Source: a virus
Virus record (IMG/VR): IMGVR_UViG_3300028025_003409
Location: 45,058 to 109,057 of that record
Length of the DNA stretch: 64,000 nt
Reading direction: 5' to 3' (one strand)
Below, one piece after another: positions 54,001 through 64,000 of this stretch (within the stretch, counting starts at the first letter, position 1; each line of letters begins with the position of its first letter). Both the position numbers and the translations under genes were made by a program. Under the pieces are notes generated by a model. The model was given only the letters and a program-made list of their open reading frames with translations, made no database searches and was not told where the DNA came from.

Positions 54001-55785
54001 TTATAGTAGATTTAATCTATCCAGATAATCTTTTACATCATCTGGCATAGGTTTATATTGTATCACACCGTCGTTTTTCATGTCAAATTCACTCTTAGAT
54101 CTGTCTCTAAAAGTATGAATCTCTACTTCGGTGTTGTTATTTTTTGGAGTATGAGATATAGCCCCAAAAATAGCACCACACACAGCATCAGCCAAGTCCT
54201 TTGACTTTTTGCGTGGGTGGTCAACTCTGTCATTTTTCATAATCTTCAATTGTGTTAGTTCATCAAATAGGAGTTCGATTGCTGGCATCGCCAGTCTTTC
54301 TTCATATACAAGCATTGCCATATCTTCGTAGTGCTTCTTGGCAACAGAAACAGTATCAGTTCTCATTCCAACTTGCTGAAGTTCATTTTGAATATCAAAC
54401 GATTGCCAACGGTCAAACGAAACCATTCCAATATCAAACCCAAGTCTTCTAAGGTTTTGGATCCACTGTTTTACTTCTGAAAGATTTACTGGACCCTCGA
54501 TCTTTGGTTCCCACCATGCTACTGCATCTACTACTACAATAGGTGCTACCTGTTCGTAGTTGTTAATGACTTGTATGTTTACCCATTTTTCTACATGGGC
54601 AATAGCAACAGCACACTTATCGTGCTTTTGTGCAAGGTCAGCATGTACATAATACTTTTTATTTGGATCTGGTTTGAATGCTTCGTCAAACCTTCTAAAA
54701 TTGTCTATTGGATTACGAAGAGTCATGCATGCTCTTACCTTTTCTGCTTGCTTAAAGAATGCATCTGAAGCAAAAGTTGGTACGCATGTAAAGCGCATCA
54801 TGGCATCTCCAAGGTCTGTCATAAATGCAATCTTAAAATCATCAATACTTCTTGTTGGGTTTACTTCCCAGGTTGGTCTCTTTAGTGCAAACACTCCTGG
54901 ATATTTGTATGAAATGATCTGATCTTCGTCCCAGGAAATTTGAAACTTATTACTTGGGTCTGTATCTGGAAGTAACGGATTGATTATAAATTCATGAGTT
55001 CTTTCTATTAATTCTTTTTCAGCAATAACTGCATCATATCTTTCTGAAATAAAGTCACCTGGATATCTAGGGAATGAAAGCAAAACAACTTTTCCAAGGT
55101 CAGGGAAACGAGAGTCTACTGATCCACGGAAAGCCTTGTAGATATTATCAGCAGTCTTTCCCTGCTCATTACCTGTTCCAACTTCAGATGCAAAACCAGA
55201 AATCTCATCAAGCACTGCAAGTAACAAGTTCAAACCCTCATGTGACTCACGCTCTGAGTGACCAGAGTAAACAGTAATTGATTTATCAAACTCAACAGAG
55301 TCAGCCTTTGCGTTATACTTTCCAGCAAACCATGGTGACTTTTCGATCTTTGTTTTAAAACCTTTAAAGAAAACATTCTTTGCTTGCTGTGCGTTAATAG
55401 CCACATTGATAAGGTCGATAGCATCTCCAGATGGCTTACCAAAATACTTTGCTGGGTCTTTTAGGCATAGAAGTTTATATACGATGTATGAGCATGCTAC
55501 GGTTGATGTGAAGTCTTTTCCAGATCCCTTGCCAAGTTGTAGAATGATTTCGTTCTTTGTGTACTTTTCATAGTACCTTGAGCCTTTTTCTTCACCCATA
55601 ATATCTATAAGATCCTCTTTACGATATATCTGGCTCATTGCCTCAACAATGTCATACTGAATATCTGACAAAGGTGGCTGACCCAAATAGGACGCTGACT
55701 CAACAAATGTTTTTGCGTCTACAGGAGTTTCTTCAAAGTTATTGTTTTTAAGTACTTCTAAGAACTCATTAAACTTCGTGGACAA
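54001..55785 (-). CDS. terL: terminase large subunit
   Basis: LGKGSGKD Walker A, VLDEISGF Walker B, HADLAQKHD and KDLADAVCG nuclease motifs. Confidence 0.88.
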   Translation of the reverse strand: MSTKFNEFLEVLKNNNFEETPVDAKTFVESASYLGQPPLSDIQYDIVEAMSQIYRKEDLIDIMGEEKGSRYYEKYTKNEIILQLGKGSGKDFTSTVACSYIVYKLLCLKDPAKYFGKPSGDAIDLINVAINAQQAKNVFFKGFKTKIEKSPWFAGKYNAKADSVEFDKSITVYSGHSERESHEGLNLLLAVLDEISGFASEVGTGNEQGKTADNIYKAFRGSVDSRFPDLGKVVLLSFPRYPGDFISERYDAVIAEKELIERTHEFIINPLLPDTDPSNKFQISWDEDQIISYKYPGVFALKRPTWEVNPTRSIDDFKIAFMTDLGDAMMRFTCVPTFASDAFFKQAEKVRACMTLRNPIDNFRRFDEAFKPDPNKKYYVHADLAQKHDKCAVAIAHVEKWVNIQVINNYEQVAPIVVVDAVAWWEPKIEGPVNLSEVKQWIQNLRRLGFDIGMVSFDRWQSFDIQNELQQVGMRTDTVSVAKKHYEDMAMLVYEERLAMPAIELLFDELTQLKIMKNDRVDHPRKKSKDLADAVCGAIFGAISHTPKNNNTEVEIHTFRDRSKSEFDMKNDGVIQYKPMPDDVKDYLDRLNLL

Positions 55786-56302
55786 TTGTTATGACCTCAT
55801 CATCCCTGGAGATTTTAGAAAGCCTACGCATAATCTCGTCACGGATCTCTGGGTGCTCTGTTGCTATATCTTTAAGAATATTAATCAGCACTTCTTGTCT
55901 GTGCTCAATCTCTATCATTTCTTCTGCAAGTTCTTTGTTTTCAAGCAAGCCAGCCTTTTGAAGCATGTCGATTCTTTTAGATTCAATATCCATAACAAGT
56001 TTAATTGCAGCAGTCTTTGCACTAAGATTATTTGTCATTGAAGCCTCATCAATAACTTCGTATGTTCGTGATACCAACTTGCTATAGTGTGTGTCTGCTG
56101 CTGCTAGTGCTTCTTTGGCACGAGCACGAATTGCATCGTTAGCAGAGGCCATAACCTTCCACTCATTAATAAGAGTCACAACTCTTTGTCTTGGAATATC
56201 AAGTTGTTTTGAAATTACTGTTGGGTCATTGCCCTTTAGGTATTCTTCTACTACCTGATTAACCTGATCAAGGTGCTTAACTAAATCTTCTTCAGTTGAC
56301 AT
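55769..56302 (-). CDS. terminase small subunit-like HTH protein
   Basis: N-terminal HTH, helical, directly upstream of terL. Confidence 0.55.
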   Translation of the reverse strand: MSTEEDLVKHLDQVNQVVEEYLKGNDPTVISKQLDIPRQRVVTLINEWKVMASANDAIRARAKEALAAADTHYSKLVSRTYEVIDEASMTNNLSAKTAAIKLVMDIESKRIDMLQKAGLLENKELAEEMIEIEHRQEVLINILKDIATEHPEIRDEIMRRLSKISRDDEVITIVHEV

Positions 56303-56534
56303 ACTTGCCCTCTAGTCTATTAATTTCATCCTTGATATAAAAAATTGCCTTCTCTAAATCTTGAATTGTTTTTGCTTCATCCTTTAATCCTGCTCTCCAA
56401 AGATATTTGAACGCATTCCCAATATTAAAGTTGCGGTGTCTAGTAATTTCAATACACTCAATGCCAGATGGATCAGATGTGTAATGTCTTGGATTATTTA
56501 CTTGGTCAACAGTTATGTTTAGGTTATCACTCAT
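56292..56534 (-). CDS. DUF3310 protein
   Basis: DQVNNPRHYT...IECI...GNAFKYLWRAGLK...DLEKAIFYI. Confidence 0.88.
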   Translation of the reverse strand: MSDNLNITVDQVNNPRHYTSDPSGIECIEITRHRNFNIGNAFKYLWRAGLKDEAKTIQDLEKAIFYIKDEINRLEGKYVN

Positions 56535-56805
56535 CATCTTCCTCCCAATCAAAAGTTTCTGGCATTCCTTTTAGTGTGAAGGTTGCATACGCAAGTCCCA
56601 CTGCTGATACTAACGACAAGACAAACAGAACATACTTAATTTTTTTCATCGCTTTGATTTCCTTAATCCAAATTTAGCAAGGTATACGTAGATAGTTTCA
56701 ACACTGGCTCCGCACTCCTTTGCAATCTCTTCTGGGGTCTTCTTGTCCATAAGATACCTCTTACGCATAAAGACTTCTGATGTATATAGTTTAGCAGCCA
56801 TGGAG

Positions 56806-57399
56806 TTATTTGTCAAGCCCAATGGCTTTATCCCAATTTTTTATAGACCAATGACCAATGCCACAAGCATCTGCCACATCATTATCTGTTATATTTCTGT
56901 CATACTGTATATTGATAAAGTTAATTGTTCTTTGCTTTCTTAGATCTCTTTCATAGGACTTAAGCCATGAGTCTGACTTCCCTGGATTTTGTGATTTAAT
57001 ATATAGTTTCTCATCTTTGGATATCTTTTTGTTTCCAATAAAATTTTGCCAAGTGATTGGGGCTACTCTACCTATAACCTTAGTTCCAGACTGTCCTGCT
57101 GCTCCAAGAATAGCCCCTTGAACCAGTGCAAGATCTGCAGCAGTCTTAGGACTATTCATAAATACTGTATGCTCAATAACGATAGCCTCAAAACCTTCGT
57201 ACATATCAAGAAACGCCTTTACTTTTTTACCAGCGTCCATAACCTTTTCATAGGTATTGCTTCCTTCAAAATTGATCTTTCCAACAGTGCCCAACGCTTT
57301 TTGTTGGGTATCAAACAAAGCAAAAGCAAGACTGTTTGTGCTTGCATCAATAGCACATATAGTCTTTGGCATCATCTCCATACCCCATTTATTCTTCAC
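56806..57399 (-). CDS. RuvC-like Holliday junction resolvase
   Basis: ICAIDAST, IVIEH, DVADACGI. Confidence 0.8.
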   Translation of the reverse strand: MKNKWGMEMMPKTICAIDASTNSLAFALFDTQQKALGTVGKINFEGSNTYEKVMDAGKKVKAFLDMYEGFEAIVIEHTVFMNSPKTAADLALVQGAILGAAGQSGTKVIGRVAPITWQNFIGNKKISKDEKLYIKSQNPGKSDSWLKSYERDLRKQRTINFINIQYDRNITDNDVADACGIGHWSIKNWDKAIGLDK

Positions 57400-57673
57400 T
57401 GTTGCCCATACCCTTAATCTTTTTTAATGTTTTTAAAACAATTACAGGATTAACAAAACACTCTACGCATAGCGGTTCATCATTATATATTGATAAACTT
57501 TTTTGACAACCCTTGCATTTTCTTTCTTTACCAATTCTTTTTTGACGACGAAGCACCAGATATCGCTCTGCAATTTTTTCTTTAGTTGCTTGCTCTCTGC
57601 ATTGAACAGAGCAATATATCTGGTAACTAACCTCTGTATTGAATTCTGAATCACACCATTTACAATGCTTCAT
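57389..57673 (-). CDS. zinc-finger protein
   Basis: CKWC...YCSVQC...CKGC...CVEC. Confidence 0.7.
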   Translation of the reverse strand: MKHCKWCDSEFNTEVSYQIYCSVQCREQATKEKIAERYLVLRRQKRIGKERKCKGCQKSLSIYNDEPLCVECFVNPVIVLKTLKKIKGMGNSEE

Positions 57674-58454
57674 CTTTCAATGGCTCCATAGATTTTAATT
57701 TAAATTCCCCCTTGCCAGCATCTGCACAGGCCTTTTTGATTGGGCATGACTTGCAAATCTTTGAATTGGATCTGTAGTTCTTTTCAGGAAGTGTTCTATC
57801 AACCCAAGCCTTTCTAACTGATCTCATCCAATCAAATGTCTGGTCTACCCATTTACGATAATAATCATTTACCTCAACAGGAAGAATTAGCAGTTCGTGA
57901 TTGTTTTTATTTTCATAAATCAAAACTGCCTTAGGCTTCTTTAAAATTTTCATATATATGAGCAATTGAATTAGATGACCACTCTTTGGCTTCATATGTG
58001 CCTTTCGGTACTCAAAGCCTTCGTTCATCATTGTCTTAATTTCACCAAGGAGTTCTTCTCCTTGCCAGTTAACAATAACATCCCCATAACCAAAAATTGG
58101 TGGATCTGTATATGTAATCTTAAATTCTGAATCAACTAAGAAGTCTGGGACATTGCCCATAGCCTCTTGGATTCTTTCGTGAGACTTTGTTCCTGCAGTC
58201 ATATTTGCTGCACTGTATGGTGTTGCGTCATCTTCAAACATCTGTCCATCAAAAGCAAGGTACCAGTATCTTGGACACTCGCCATGCCCGTAGGCAATTG
58301 TAGATGGAGCAAAAGTTTTCTTTTGAGTTTGTTTATCAATACGATTAACTGTATAGCCAGACTGAATTTTTTCAGTCAAGCCAGCAGTATCAATTGGATG
58401 GGCTGGTGGAACTTCTTGCTTTACCATAATTTGTTGCAGTAAACTTTTTGTCAT
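57660..58454 (-). CDS. Cas4-like PD-(D/E)xK exonuclease
   Basis: CPRYWY, GYGDVI...EIKT, QLLIY, CKSCPIKKAC. Confidence 0.85.
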   Translation of the reverse strand: MTKSLLQQIMVKQEVPPAHPIDTAGLTEKIQSGYTVNRIDKQTQKKTFAPSTIAYGHGECPRYWYLAFDGQMFEDDATPYSAANMTAGTKSHERIQEAMGNVPDFLVDSEFKITYTDPPIFGYGDVIVNWQGEELLGEIKTMMNEGFEYRKAHMKPKSGHLIQLLIYMKILKKPKAVLIYENKNNHELLILPVEVNDYYRKWVDQTFDWMRSVRKAWVDRTLPEKNYRSNSKICKSCPIKKACADAGKGEFKLKSMEPLKDEAL

Positions 58455-58489
58455 GTTTTTCTCGTTTCTATTAGTATAAGTATAGCAGA

Positions 58490-58813
58490 TTAGCGAGTTA
58501 TATACTTGAGTGCAGAAACAAGATTGTTAATAGACTCTGCTGCAGTATAGTAAAGGTTTTTCTTTCCACGATCCGACTTGTCAACATTAGCCATCCATGT
58601 GGCTCTAAAGGCCATCTTTGCTGCTATTGCTTGTAGTCTTACAATCTCAATAGTTGCAACCTGTGTTGGAATATCTGGCTTAATAATAATCTTAGCAATA
58701 AAGGTTAGTGCCTGAGTGAGTTCTTCATCTTGCATGTAGTCTGCTATTTCTGCAAGACCATTAACCATATCGATAGTAGTATTTTCAGTTTGCACTAGAA
58801 GACTCCTCTTCAC
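58490..58813 (-). CDS. hypothetical protein (start likely GTG 58795)
   Basis: helical ORF in the replication cluster. Confidence 0.6.
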   Translation of the reverse strand: MKRSLLVQTENTTIDMVNGLAEIADYMQDEELTQALTFIAKIIIKPDIPTQVATIEIVRLQAIAAKMAFRATWMANVDKSDRGKKNLYYTAAESINNLVSALKYITR

Positions 58814-59393
58814 GACTTATTAAAACTTTTTGTTCCCATTCCTTTTCAAGAATTTTCATTTTTTCTTTATGGTCTTCAGAGATAAACTTGTTTGGACCAT
58901 CCTTGCGCTCACAGTGACAGAATATAAGATCTACCACATCATCTTCTGATAACTCAGCGTCAGTTCTCCAATGTATCTGATCTGTTCCAGAAAATATTAG
59001 CCCATCATTATCTTTTAGCAAAAATTCTTTGCCCTCAACAACTAATGGCCAATCAATTGTGGACTTAACCTGAACATCTAAAGTTAGTTTATGAACATCA
59101 AAAGCATCATCAAAATGAGGATAAAGTTTTGGTTTATACCCAAACTTACTAGAGTATCGAGCAAACTGATAGTCAGTAAGAACCCATTCGTCTCCATAGT
59201 ATTTTTGAACAATTTCTTCAAAGTGTTTTCTTAAGTCTTCTCCCAGACCAACTAGGTATGCCCTATGGCCAAGTCTTGTCTGAACTCTAGTGTTTTCTTC
59301 TGGAGTAGAATCAATAACACTATATATGTGATCTATCTGTTCTTGTGTCAATATATTCTTGATAATCATGTTTTCCATATTACTATTATACAC
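58785..59393 (-). CDS. 2OG-Fe(II) oxygenase-like
   Basis: LYPHFD...WPLVVEG...IHWR...IFCH. Confidence 0.7.
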   Translation of the reverse strand: MYNSNMENMIIKNILTQEQIDHIYSVIDSTPEENTRVQTRLGHRAYLVGLGEDLRKHFEEIVQKYYGDEWVLTDYQFARYSSKFGYKPKLYPHFDDAFDVHKLTLDVQVKSTIDWPLVVEGKEFLLKDNDGLIFSGTDQIHWRTDAELSEDDVVDLIFCHCERKDGPNKFISEDHKEKMKILEKEWEQKVLISREEESSSAN

Positions 59394-59670
59394 CCTCCAC
59401 TAGTTGTTCAAGTATGCTCATTTCAATTATTGCAAGTCTTACTTTTGTGTTGCCCTCGCCAATTACGACCACTATTGCTGGATCTTTACTATTCTTCATA
59501 GCATCTGTAGTAGCCTTCGCCCAAACCTCTTTATTTAAAGTAAAAGATTTTCCAACTTCTTTGAAGTCTACAACAAAGTTATTCCAAGAAGCATCACCCT
59601 TTTGAGTATTACGACCAGAGTTTTTGTGCTGCTTGGCACCTATTCTTTTAGACTCACTCTTCTCCGTCAT
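59386..59670 (-). CDS. small PD-(D/E)xK nuclease (resolvase-like)
   Basis: E...NSGR..KGDA...VDFKE. Confidence 0.65.
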   Translation of the reverse strand: MTEKSESKRIGAKQHKNSGRNTQKGDASWNNFVVDFKEVGKSFTLNKEVWAKATTDAMKNSKDPAIVVVIGEGNTKVRLAIIEMSILEQLVEGV

Positions 59671-59825
59671 CAAAATCCTTCTTTTTTCTTCTTCCTAAAT
59701 ACACTGTTGTCAAGTGCTTTTCTTTGCACATCCAAGTCAATGTCTTTGTTGCAGCATAACACCTTAGTGTTGGAACAATTGCCTTACAGGTATGACATGT
59801 CCATTGACCTTGATAGACTGTATAC

Positions 59826-60842
59826 TTATCCATTTAGTTTATTCTTGATAGATTCTTGCAAGTCAAGGTCCTCTCTTACACGGTTTACAAATGCTTCTTT
59901 ACCCTGGACTTTTGAACCATCAGGCAATATGTACCATGCACCTGTTCGTTCTACAATGCCATTCAACTCTGCGGTAGTAACCAGATCACCAATGGTATCA
60001 AGACCAATATCGTCACCTCTAAAATAAAAATCATACTCACCAGACTGGAACCCTGGAGAGGTTTTGGAGAACTGGAGTTCCCACTTAATAGTTCTACCAA
60101 TTTTTTCTTCAATTAATTTATCTCCTACCTTGATCTTGCCCTTAATCGCTTGATTGTCTGACTCTGAAGAAAAGAGTTTAACAATACATGAGGAATAAAA
60201 CTTAGTAGCCTGACCACCAGAAGGCTGCTGGCTAGTATACATAGCATTGATATTGTTACGAGACTGAGAAATAAGAACAAGCAGAGTTGGCTTAACTTTA
60301 TTGTTTGCATAGTTAAGCATTTTCCATGCGTTACTAAAGTCACGGGATTCGGCTCCAATCTGTTTAGTGTTTTCTAATGCTTTCATTTCATCTGTATCTT
60401 TTTCAAAATAGATTGCTGGAAGCATTGATGTAATAGAGTCTACCACAATCAGGTCAACGCCAGCGTTCATTAATCCAACGCCCACATCTACCATGTCACT
60501 AATAGTTCTTGCTTGTGAGTAGATTAGTTTTTCTGGATCTACCCCCAAAGTTCTAGCCCACTCTTCAGAGTATGACATTTCTGAATCAATCCATGCACAC
60601 AACTTTCCTTCGGCTTGTGCTAGAGCAATCATTTGAAGGCACATAGAGGACTTTGCAGACGACTTTGACCCCCAGATAAGAACTTGCCTACCATATGGAA
60701 GGCCTCCTCCTAGAGCACGGTTTAAACCAAAACTAGGGGTTGGTTGATATTCATAATTAATACCTACCCCACTTCCTAACCTTTTTCTTAACTTAGGATC
60801 AAGTTGTGCTAATGCTTCTTCTAAACTAACTGACATGTACAT
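59826..60842 (-). CDS. recA: RecA/UvsX-like recombinase
   Basis: LGGGLPYGR, GSKSSAKS, WIDSE, VVDSI, SQSR, GGQATKFYSS, GAWY. Confidence 0.92.
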   Translation of the reverse strand: MYMSVSLEEALAQLDPKLRKRLGSGVGINYEYQPTPSFGLNRALGGGLPYGRQVLIWGSKSSAKSSMCLQMIALAQAEGKLCAWIDSEMSYSEEWARTLGVDPEKLIYSQARTISDMVDVGVGLMNAGVDLIVVDSITSMLPAIYFEKDTDEMKALENTKQIGAESRDFSNAWKMLNYANNKVKPTLLVLISQSRNNINAMYTSQQPSGGQATKFYSSCIVKLFSSESDNQAIKGKIKVGDKLIEEKIGRTIKWELQFSKTSPGFQSGEYDFYFRGDDIGLDTIGDLVTTAELNGIVERTGAWYILPDGSKVQGKEAFVNRVREDLDLQESIKNKLNG

Positions 60843-63800
60843 CCTCCAATGTTACTGTTCCGTCTTTTGTTTTTCCAAAATCAAACTTATAAGATTTTCC
60901 TTCTTCAATACTCATATAAGCCTTTGCAAAGGATGTAGGAAATACTGTTATAGAGTGCAAGTCTCTACTGGTGTCTGCCAGAGTAAGAGATGCCATCTTC
61001 TTTCCAGTCTTTGTAATCCTTGGCTTAAATGAAACAACAAACATTTCGTCATCCTTGTATGGAAGTTGTTTATAACTTAAGAACTTTACAAGAGCATGAG
61101 ATGACTCTTTTATCTCATCTGAAGGTATAAAAGAAACAATCCTGTTGTCATTACAAAGAACCAAATAAGAACGACCTGTTTCAATAGTGGTATTTTCATC
61201 ATCAAATATACCAACACTGCCAGTCTTGTCCAAAATTTCAACTCGTGACCATCCAGTTCCTCGCTTAATTGATTTTACCATACCCATAAAAATGTATGAT
61301 CCCTTTTCTTCAAAGTCAACGATCTCCTGAATAAATGCATAATAGTGAGAAGGTATTGTAATATTAAACTCTGGAAGGTTTAGATATTCATATAAATTCT
61401 CTTTAATCTCTTGATCATTTCTAGGATTATCATTGAAGGTTGCAGCACCTACTGCTCTTAGTGCCTGAAGTGCACGGCTATTTACTCCGTTTCCTTTTGT
61501 AAAGGTAAATTCTTCAAGTTCTTTGTATGAATTAAATGGTCGTGCTGATATGTATCTTTCACCAATTTTGTCAGATATGAACTTGATAGCACTGAGTCCA
61601 AACCGAATGCCTTTACCCTCAATTTTAAAATCGATATCCGAATCGTTAATGTGAGGTAACTTAACGCTAATGCCCATTCTTTTTGCTTCAATAAGATATT
61701 CAGTTCTCGCATCTTTGTCCTTTTCATTTTTTAGCACTGAGTACATAAACTCAAGTGGGTAATAATACTTTAACCATGCTGTCCAGTAGGATAGCGTTGA
61801 ATATGCCACTGCGTGTGACTTATTAAATGAGTACCCTGCGTGAGCCTCAAAGTCATGCCACAAATCACGAGCAGCATTTGGAGCAATAAACTTAGATGCT
61901 CCCTCTACGAACTTCTCTTTAAACTGATCAAATTCTTTAGCATCTTTTTTCTTTCCAATGATTTTTCTAACTTTATCTGCTTCCGACATGGACATACCGC
62001 CAAGGTGTACGCATGCTTGCATAACTTGTTCCTGGTAAAGAATACAGCCATAGGTGTCCTCCGTAAATTGTTTTAGTACTTGGTGAGTATAAGAAATATT
62101 CTGACGACCATGCTTACGATCAACATAGTCTTTTCCAATGGTGTTCATAGCACCTGGACGAACAAGAGCATTTGATGCTGCAAGTTCATTCAGGTTTTTA
62201 ACACCCATCTTAACAAGAAGGTTTGTGTATGGGGCTGCTTCACATTGAAACACACCCTTTGTATACCCATCTGACAACATCTGATAAACATTTGCATCAT
62301 CCATCTTGATCTTAAGAAGATCTATTTTCTTTCCATCTCGCTCTTTAATTATATCAATTGTGTTCTTAAGAACAGATAAAGTCTTAAGACCCAAAGCATC
62401 AATCTTAATCAGACCAATTCTTTCGGCCTCTTCCATGTCAACACCAACAACAGGGATTCTTTCATCTGATCCTGTTGAAGATCTTGTTTCAAGTGGTGCG
62501 TATCTGAAGATTGGTTCTTTTGCAGTTACAACACCAGCAGCATGGATTCCTGTACCACGAATGCGACCACGAAGTTGTTCTCCATAAATTTCTACCTCTG
62601 GATACTTTTCACGAAACTCTCTTGTAGATTTAGATGTGCAGAAGTCATCCCAAGTATCTACAGTTTTTAAAACCTTGTTAACATCTGACAAAGGAATGTT
62701 TAGCACTCGTGCAACATCTCTAACGATTCCCTTTCCAGTAAACTGAAGGAATGTGGCAATAGACGCAACATGTCGATATTGTCTAACTAGATAATCTTTA
62801 ACTTCTTCACGACGGGTGTCCTGAATATCGGTATCAATATCTGGGAAGTCATTACGCTCTGGATTAATAAAACGGAAGAACAAAAGATTATGCTCAATAG
62901 GATCAATGTCTGTAATCTTTAGTGCATAACAAACAAGAGAACCAGCAGAAGAACCACGACCTGGGCCCACCATAATCTCTTCTTTCTTTGCCCAGTTAAT
63001 CATATTACTTACAACAAGAAAGTATGGTGCAAACTTTTTATCTTTAATAATCTGCAACTCTTCTTCAAGTCTATCCAGGTATTCTTGATTTTCTGACAAA
63101 CCTCGTTCTACCAAACCCTCTAGTGCAGCCTTTGCAAGTTCCTTGTCAGGATTCTTGTACTGCACTGGTAGCAAGTCTAATCCTTCTTGAATGCCATAGT
63201 CTCCCACTGTCTCTGCTAATAGGATTGTGTTTGAGTATATGTCTGGTCGATCAATGCCCTGCGATTCCATCGCTGCTTTAATCTCTTCGTATGAGAGCAG
63301 GTGAATATCAAACTTGTTAAATGTTATCTGACGGTCTTCGCCATAAAGGTAGTCTAGGCGTTCCATCATATCAGTCTTCTTCTTTGACTTTTCGTATGTT
63401 GCTTCTTTTATTACCTTGCCGTGTGTGTTCATAAGCAACTTAAACTCTTGAACTTCTTTTTGAGATGAGTCAACATGGTGGCAGTCTGGTGTAACAATAA
63501 CCTTAATTCCAAACTCATCTGCAAGTTCAATTAAATACTTATTGATGTGTGCTTCATTATGAGGCATAACTTCAATATAATAATCATCTTGAAAGCGTTC
63601 TTTAAACCAAGATATGTATTTCTTGGCAAGAGCAAACTCTTCTTCTTCAAGTGCTTTAACTAAAACGCTACTTGGACAAGCAGAAGAAACAATAATTCCT
63701 TCTTTGTATTTTTCTAATATACTAAAATCAAATCGTGGCTTCTTGAAGAAACCATCTGTCCAAGAAAGTTCACTAATTTTGTTAAGGTTTTCCAAACCAA

Positions 63801-64000
63801 TTTGATTCTTGGCTAGAAGGATAATGTGATTGTAGACAAGATCTTGTTGACCTTCTCTTTCAGACTTATCTCTTGTATCAGATATGTCTGCACACATGTA
63901 TCCTTCTAGACCTAGAATTGGCTTAATGCCCTTTGCTTTTGCAATACGGTGCAGTTCCCTATGCCCAGATAAAGTACCGTGGTCAGTGATGGCAATTGCT
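60826..64000 (-). CDS. dnaE: DNA polymerase III alpha subunit (5' end beyond window)
   Basis: ITDHG PHP motif at the edge, GPGRGSSAGSLV, PDIDTD, HAAGVV, KIDALGL, GYSFNKSH. Confidence 0.96.
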   Translation of the reverse strand, partial: AIAITDHGTLSGHRELHRIAKAKGIKPILGLEGYMCADISDTRDKSEREGQQDLVYNHIILLAKNQIGLENLNKISELSWTDGFFKKPRFDFSILEKYKEGIIVSSACPSSVLVKALEEEEFALAKKYISWFKERFQDDYYIEVMPHNEAHINKYLIELADEFGIKVIVTPDCHHVDSSQKEVQEFKLLMNTHGKVIKEATYEKSKKKTDMMERLDYLYGEDRQITFNKFDIHLLSYEEIKAAMESQGIDRPDIYSNTILLAETVGDYGIQEGLDLLPVQYKNPDKELAKAALEGLVERGLSENQEYLDRLEEELQIIKDKKFAPYFLVVSNMINWAKKEEIMVGPGRGSSAGSLVCYALKITDIDPIEHNLLFFRFINPERNDFPDIDTDIQDTRREEVKDYLVRQYRHVASIATFLQFTGKGIVRDVARVLNIPLSDVNKVLKTVDTWDDFCTSKSTREFREKYPEVEIYGEQLRGRIRGTGIHAAGVVTAKEPIFRYAPLETRSSTGSDERIPVVGVDMEEAERIGLIKIDALGLKTLSVLKNTIDIIKERDGKKIDLLKIKMDDANVYQMLSDGYTKGVFQCEAAPYTNLLVKMGVKNLNELAASNALVRPGAMNTIGKDYVDRKHGRQNISYTHQVLKQFTEDTYGCILYQEQVMQACVHLGGMSMSEADKVRKIIGKKKDAKEFDQFKEKFVEGASKFIAPNAARDLWHDFEAHAGYSFNKSHAVAYSTLSYWTAWLKYYYPLEFMYSVLKNEKDKDARTEYLIEAKRMGISVKLPHINDSDIDFKIEGKGIRFGLSAIKFISDKIGERYISARPFNSYKELEEFTFTKGNGVNSRALQALRAVGAATFNDNPRNDQEIKENLYEYLNLPEFNITIPSHYYAFIQEIVDFEEKGSYIFMGMVKSIKRGTGWSRVEILDKTGSVGIFDDENTTIETGRSYLVLCNDNRIVSFIPSDEIKESSHALVKFLSYKQLPYKDDEMFVVSFKPRITKTGKKMASLTLADTSRDLHSITVFPTSFAKAYMSIEEGKSYKFDFGKTKDGTVTLEDVHVS

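Noticed and set aside
57660-58454. Cas4 as evidence of a CRISPR-Cas system
   Set aside because: No cas1/cas2 or repeat-spacer array in the window; solo Cas4-like exonucleases are usual in phage replication clusters
54001-64000. Inteins or introns in terL, recA, dnaE
   Set aside because: Motifs are contiguous and lengths ordinary; no C...HN insertion seen in the visible parts
1-64000. Bacterial chromosome or integrated prophage
   Set aside because: Terminase, tail genes and phage-style density throughout; no housekeeping operons, integrase or att junction visible

Overview
This window is a 64-kb segment of a large, low-GC tailed phage genome. The host is most likely an Actinobacterium, plausibly a low-GC freshwater lineage; this is inferred from WhiB, DnaE, leaderless TGnTAnnnT promoters and actinobacterial regulator motifs. 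Layout: 1-9.5 kb holds tail/virion accessory genes, a lytic transglycosylase and oxygenases. 9.6-24 kb is a divergently transcribed early-type region of small unknown ORFs built from repeated regulatory modules. 23.7-24.7 kb is a repeat-rich, origin-like locus. 25-29 kb holds small ORFs and four tRNAs; a fifth tRNA lies at 20.05 kb. 29-54 kb holds auxiliary genes: most of the window's about ten 2OG-Fe(II)/JmjC oxygenases, a glycosyltransferase-like gene, a carbamoyltransferase with SGNH-like paralogs, an APS kinase fusion, Hsp20, WhiB, a CHAP lysin, an HslV-like peptidase and secreted proteins. 54-64 kb holds terminase, RuvC-like, Cas4-like, RecA and DnaE genes. The most unusual signal is non-coding and lies in 10.2-24.7 kb. 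(i) Eight co-oriented GGGACGTC sites punctuate gene modules. (ii) Ten promoters have the exact TGTCAG-N10-TAnnnT geometry of the actinobacterial PafBC (RecA-NDp) DNA-damage promoter, mixed with WhiA-type GACAC, CRP/GlxR and DnaA boxes. (iii) Three families of repeated structured RNA show compensatory base changes: a stem-enclosed double GAGCCUAGCAAAUAA RNA, a small H-type pseudoknot in six copies, and an AAGGU-loop leader hairpin. All protein calls come from motif recognition by eye; no database searches were run, and motif counts are manual.
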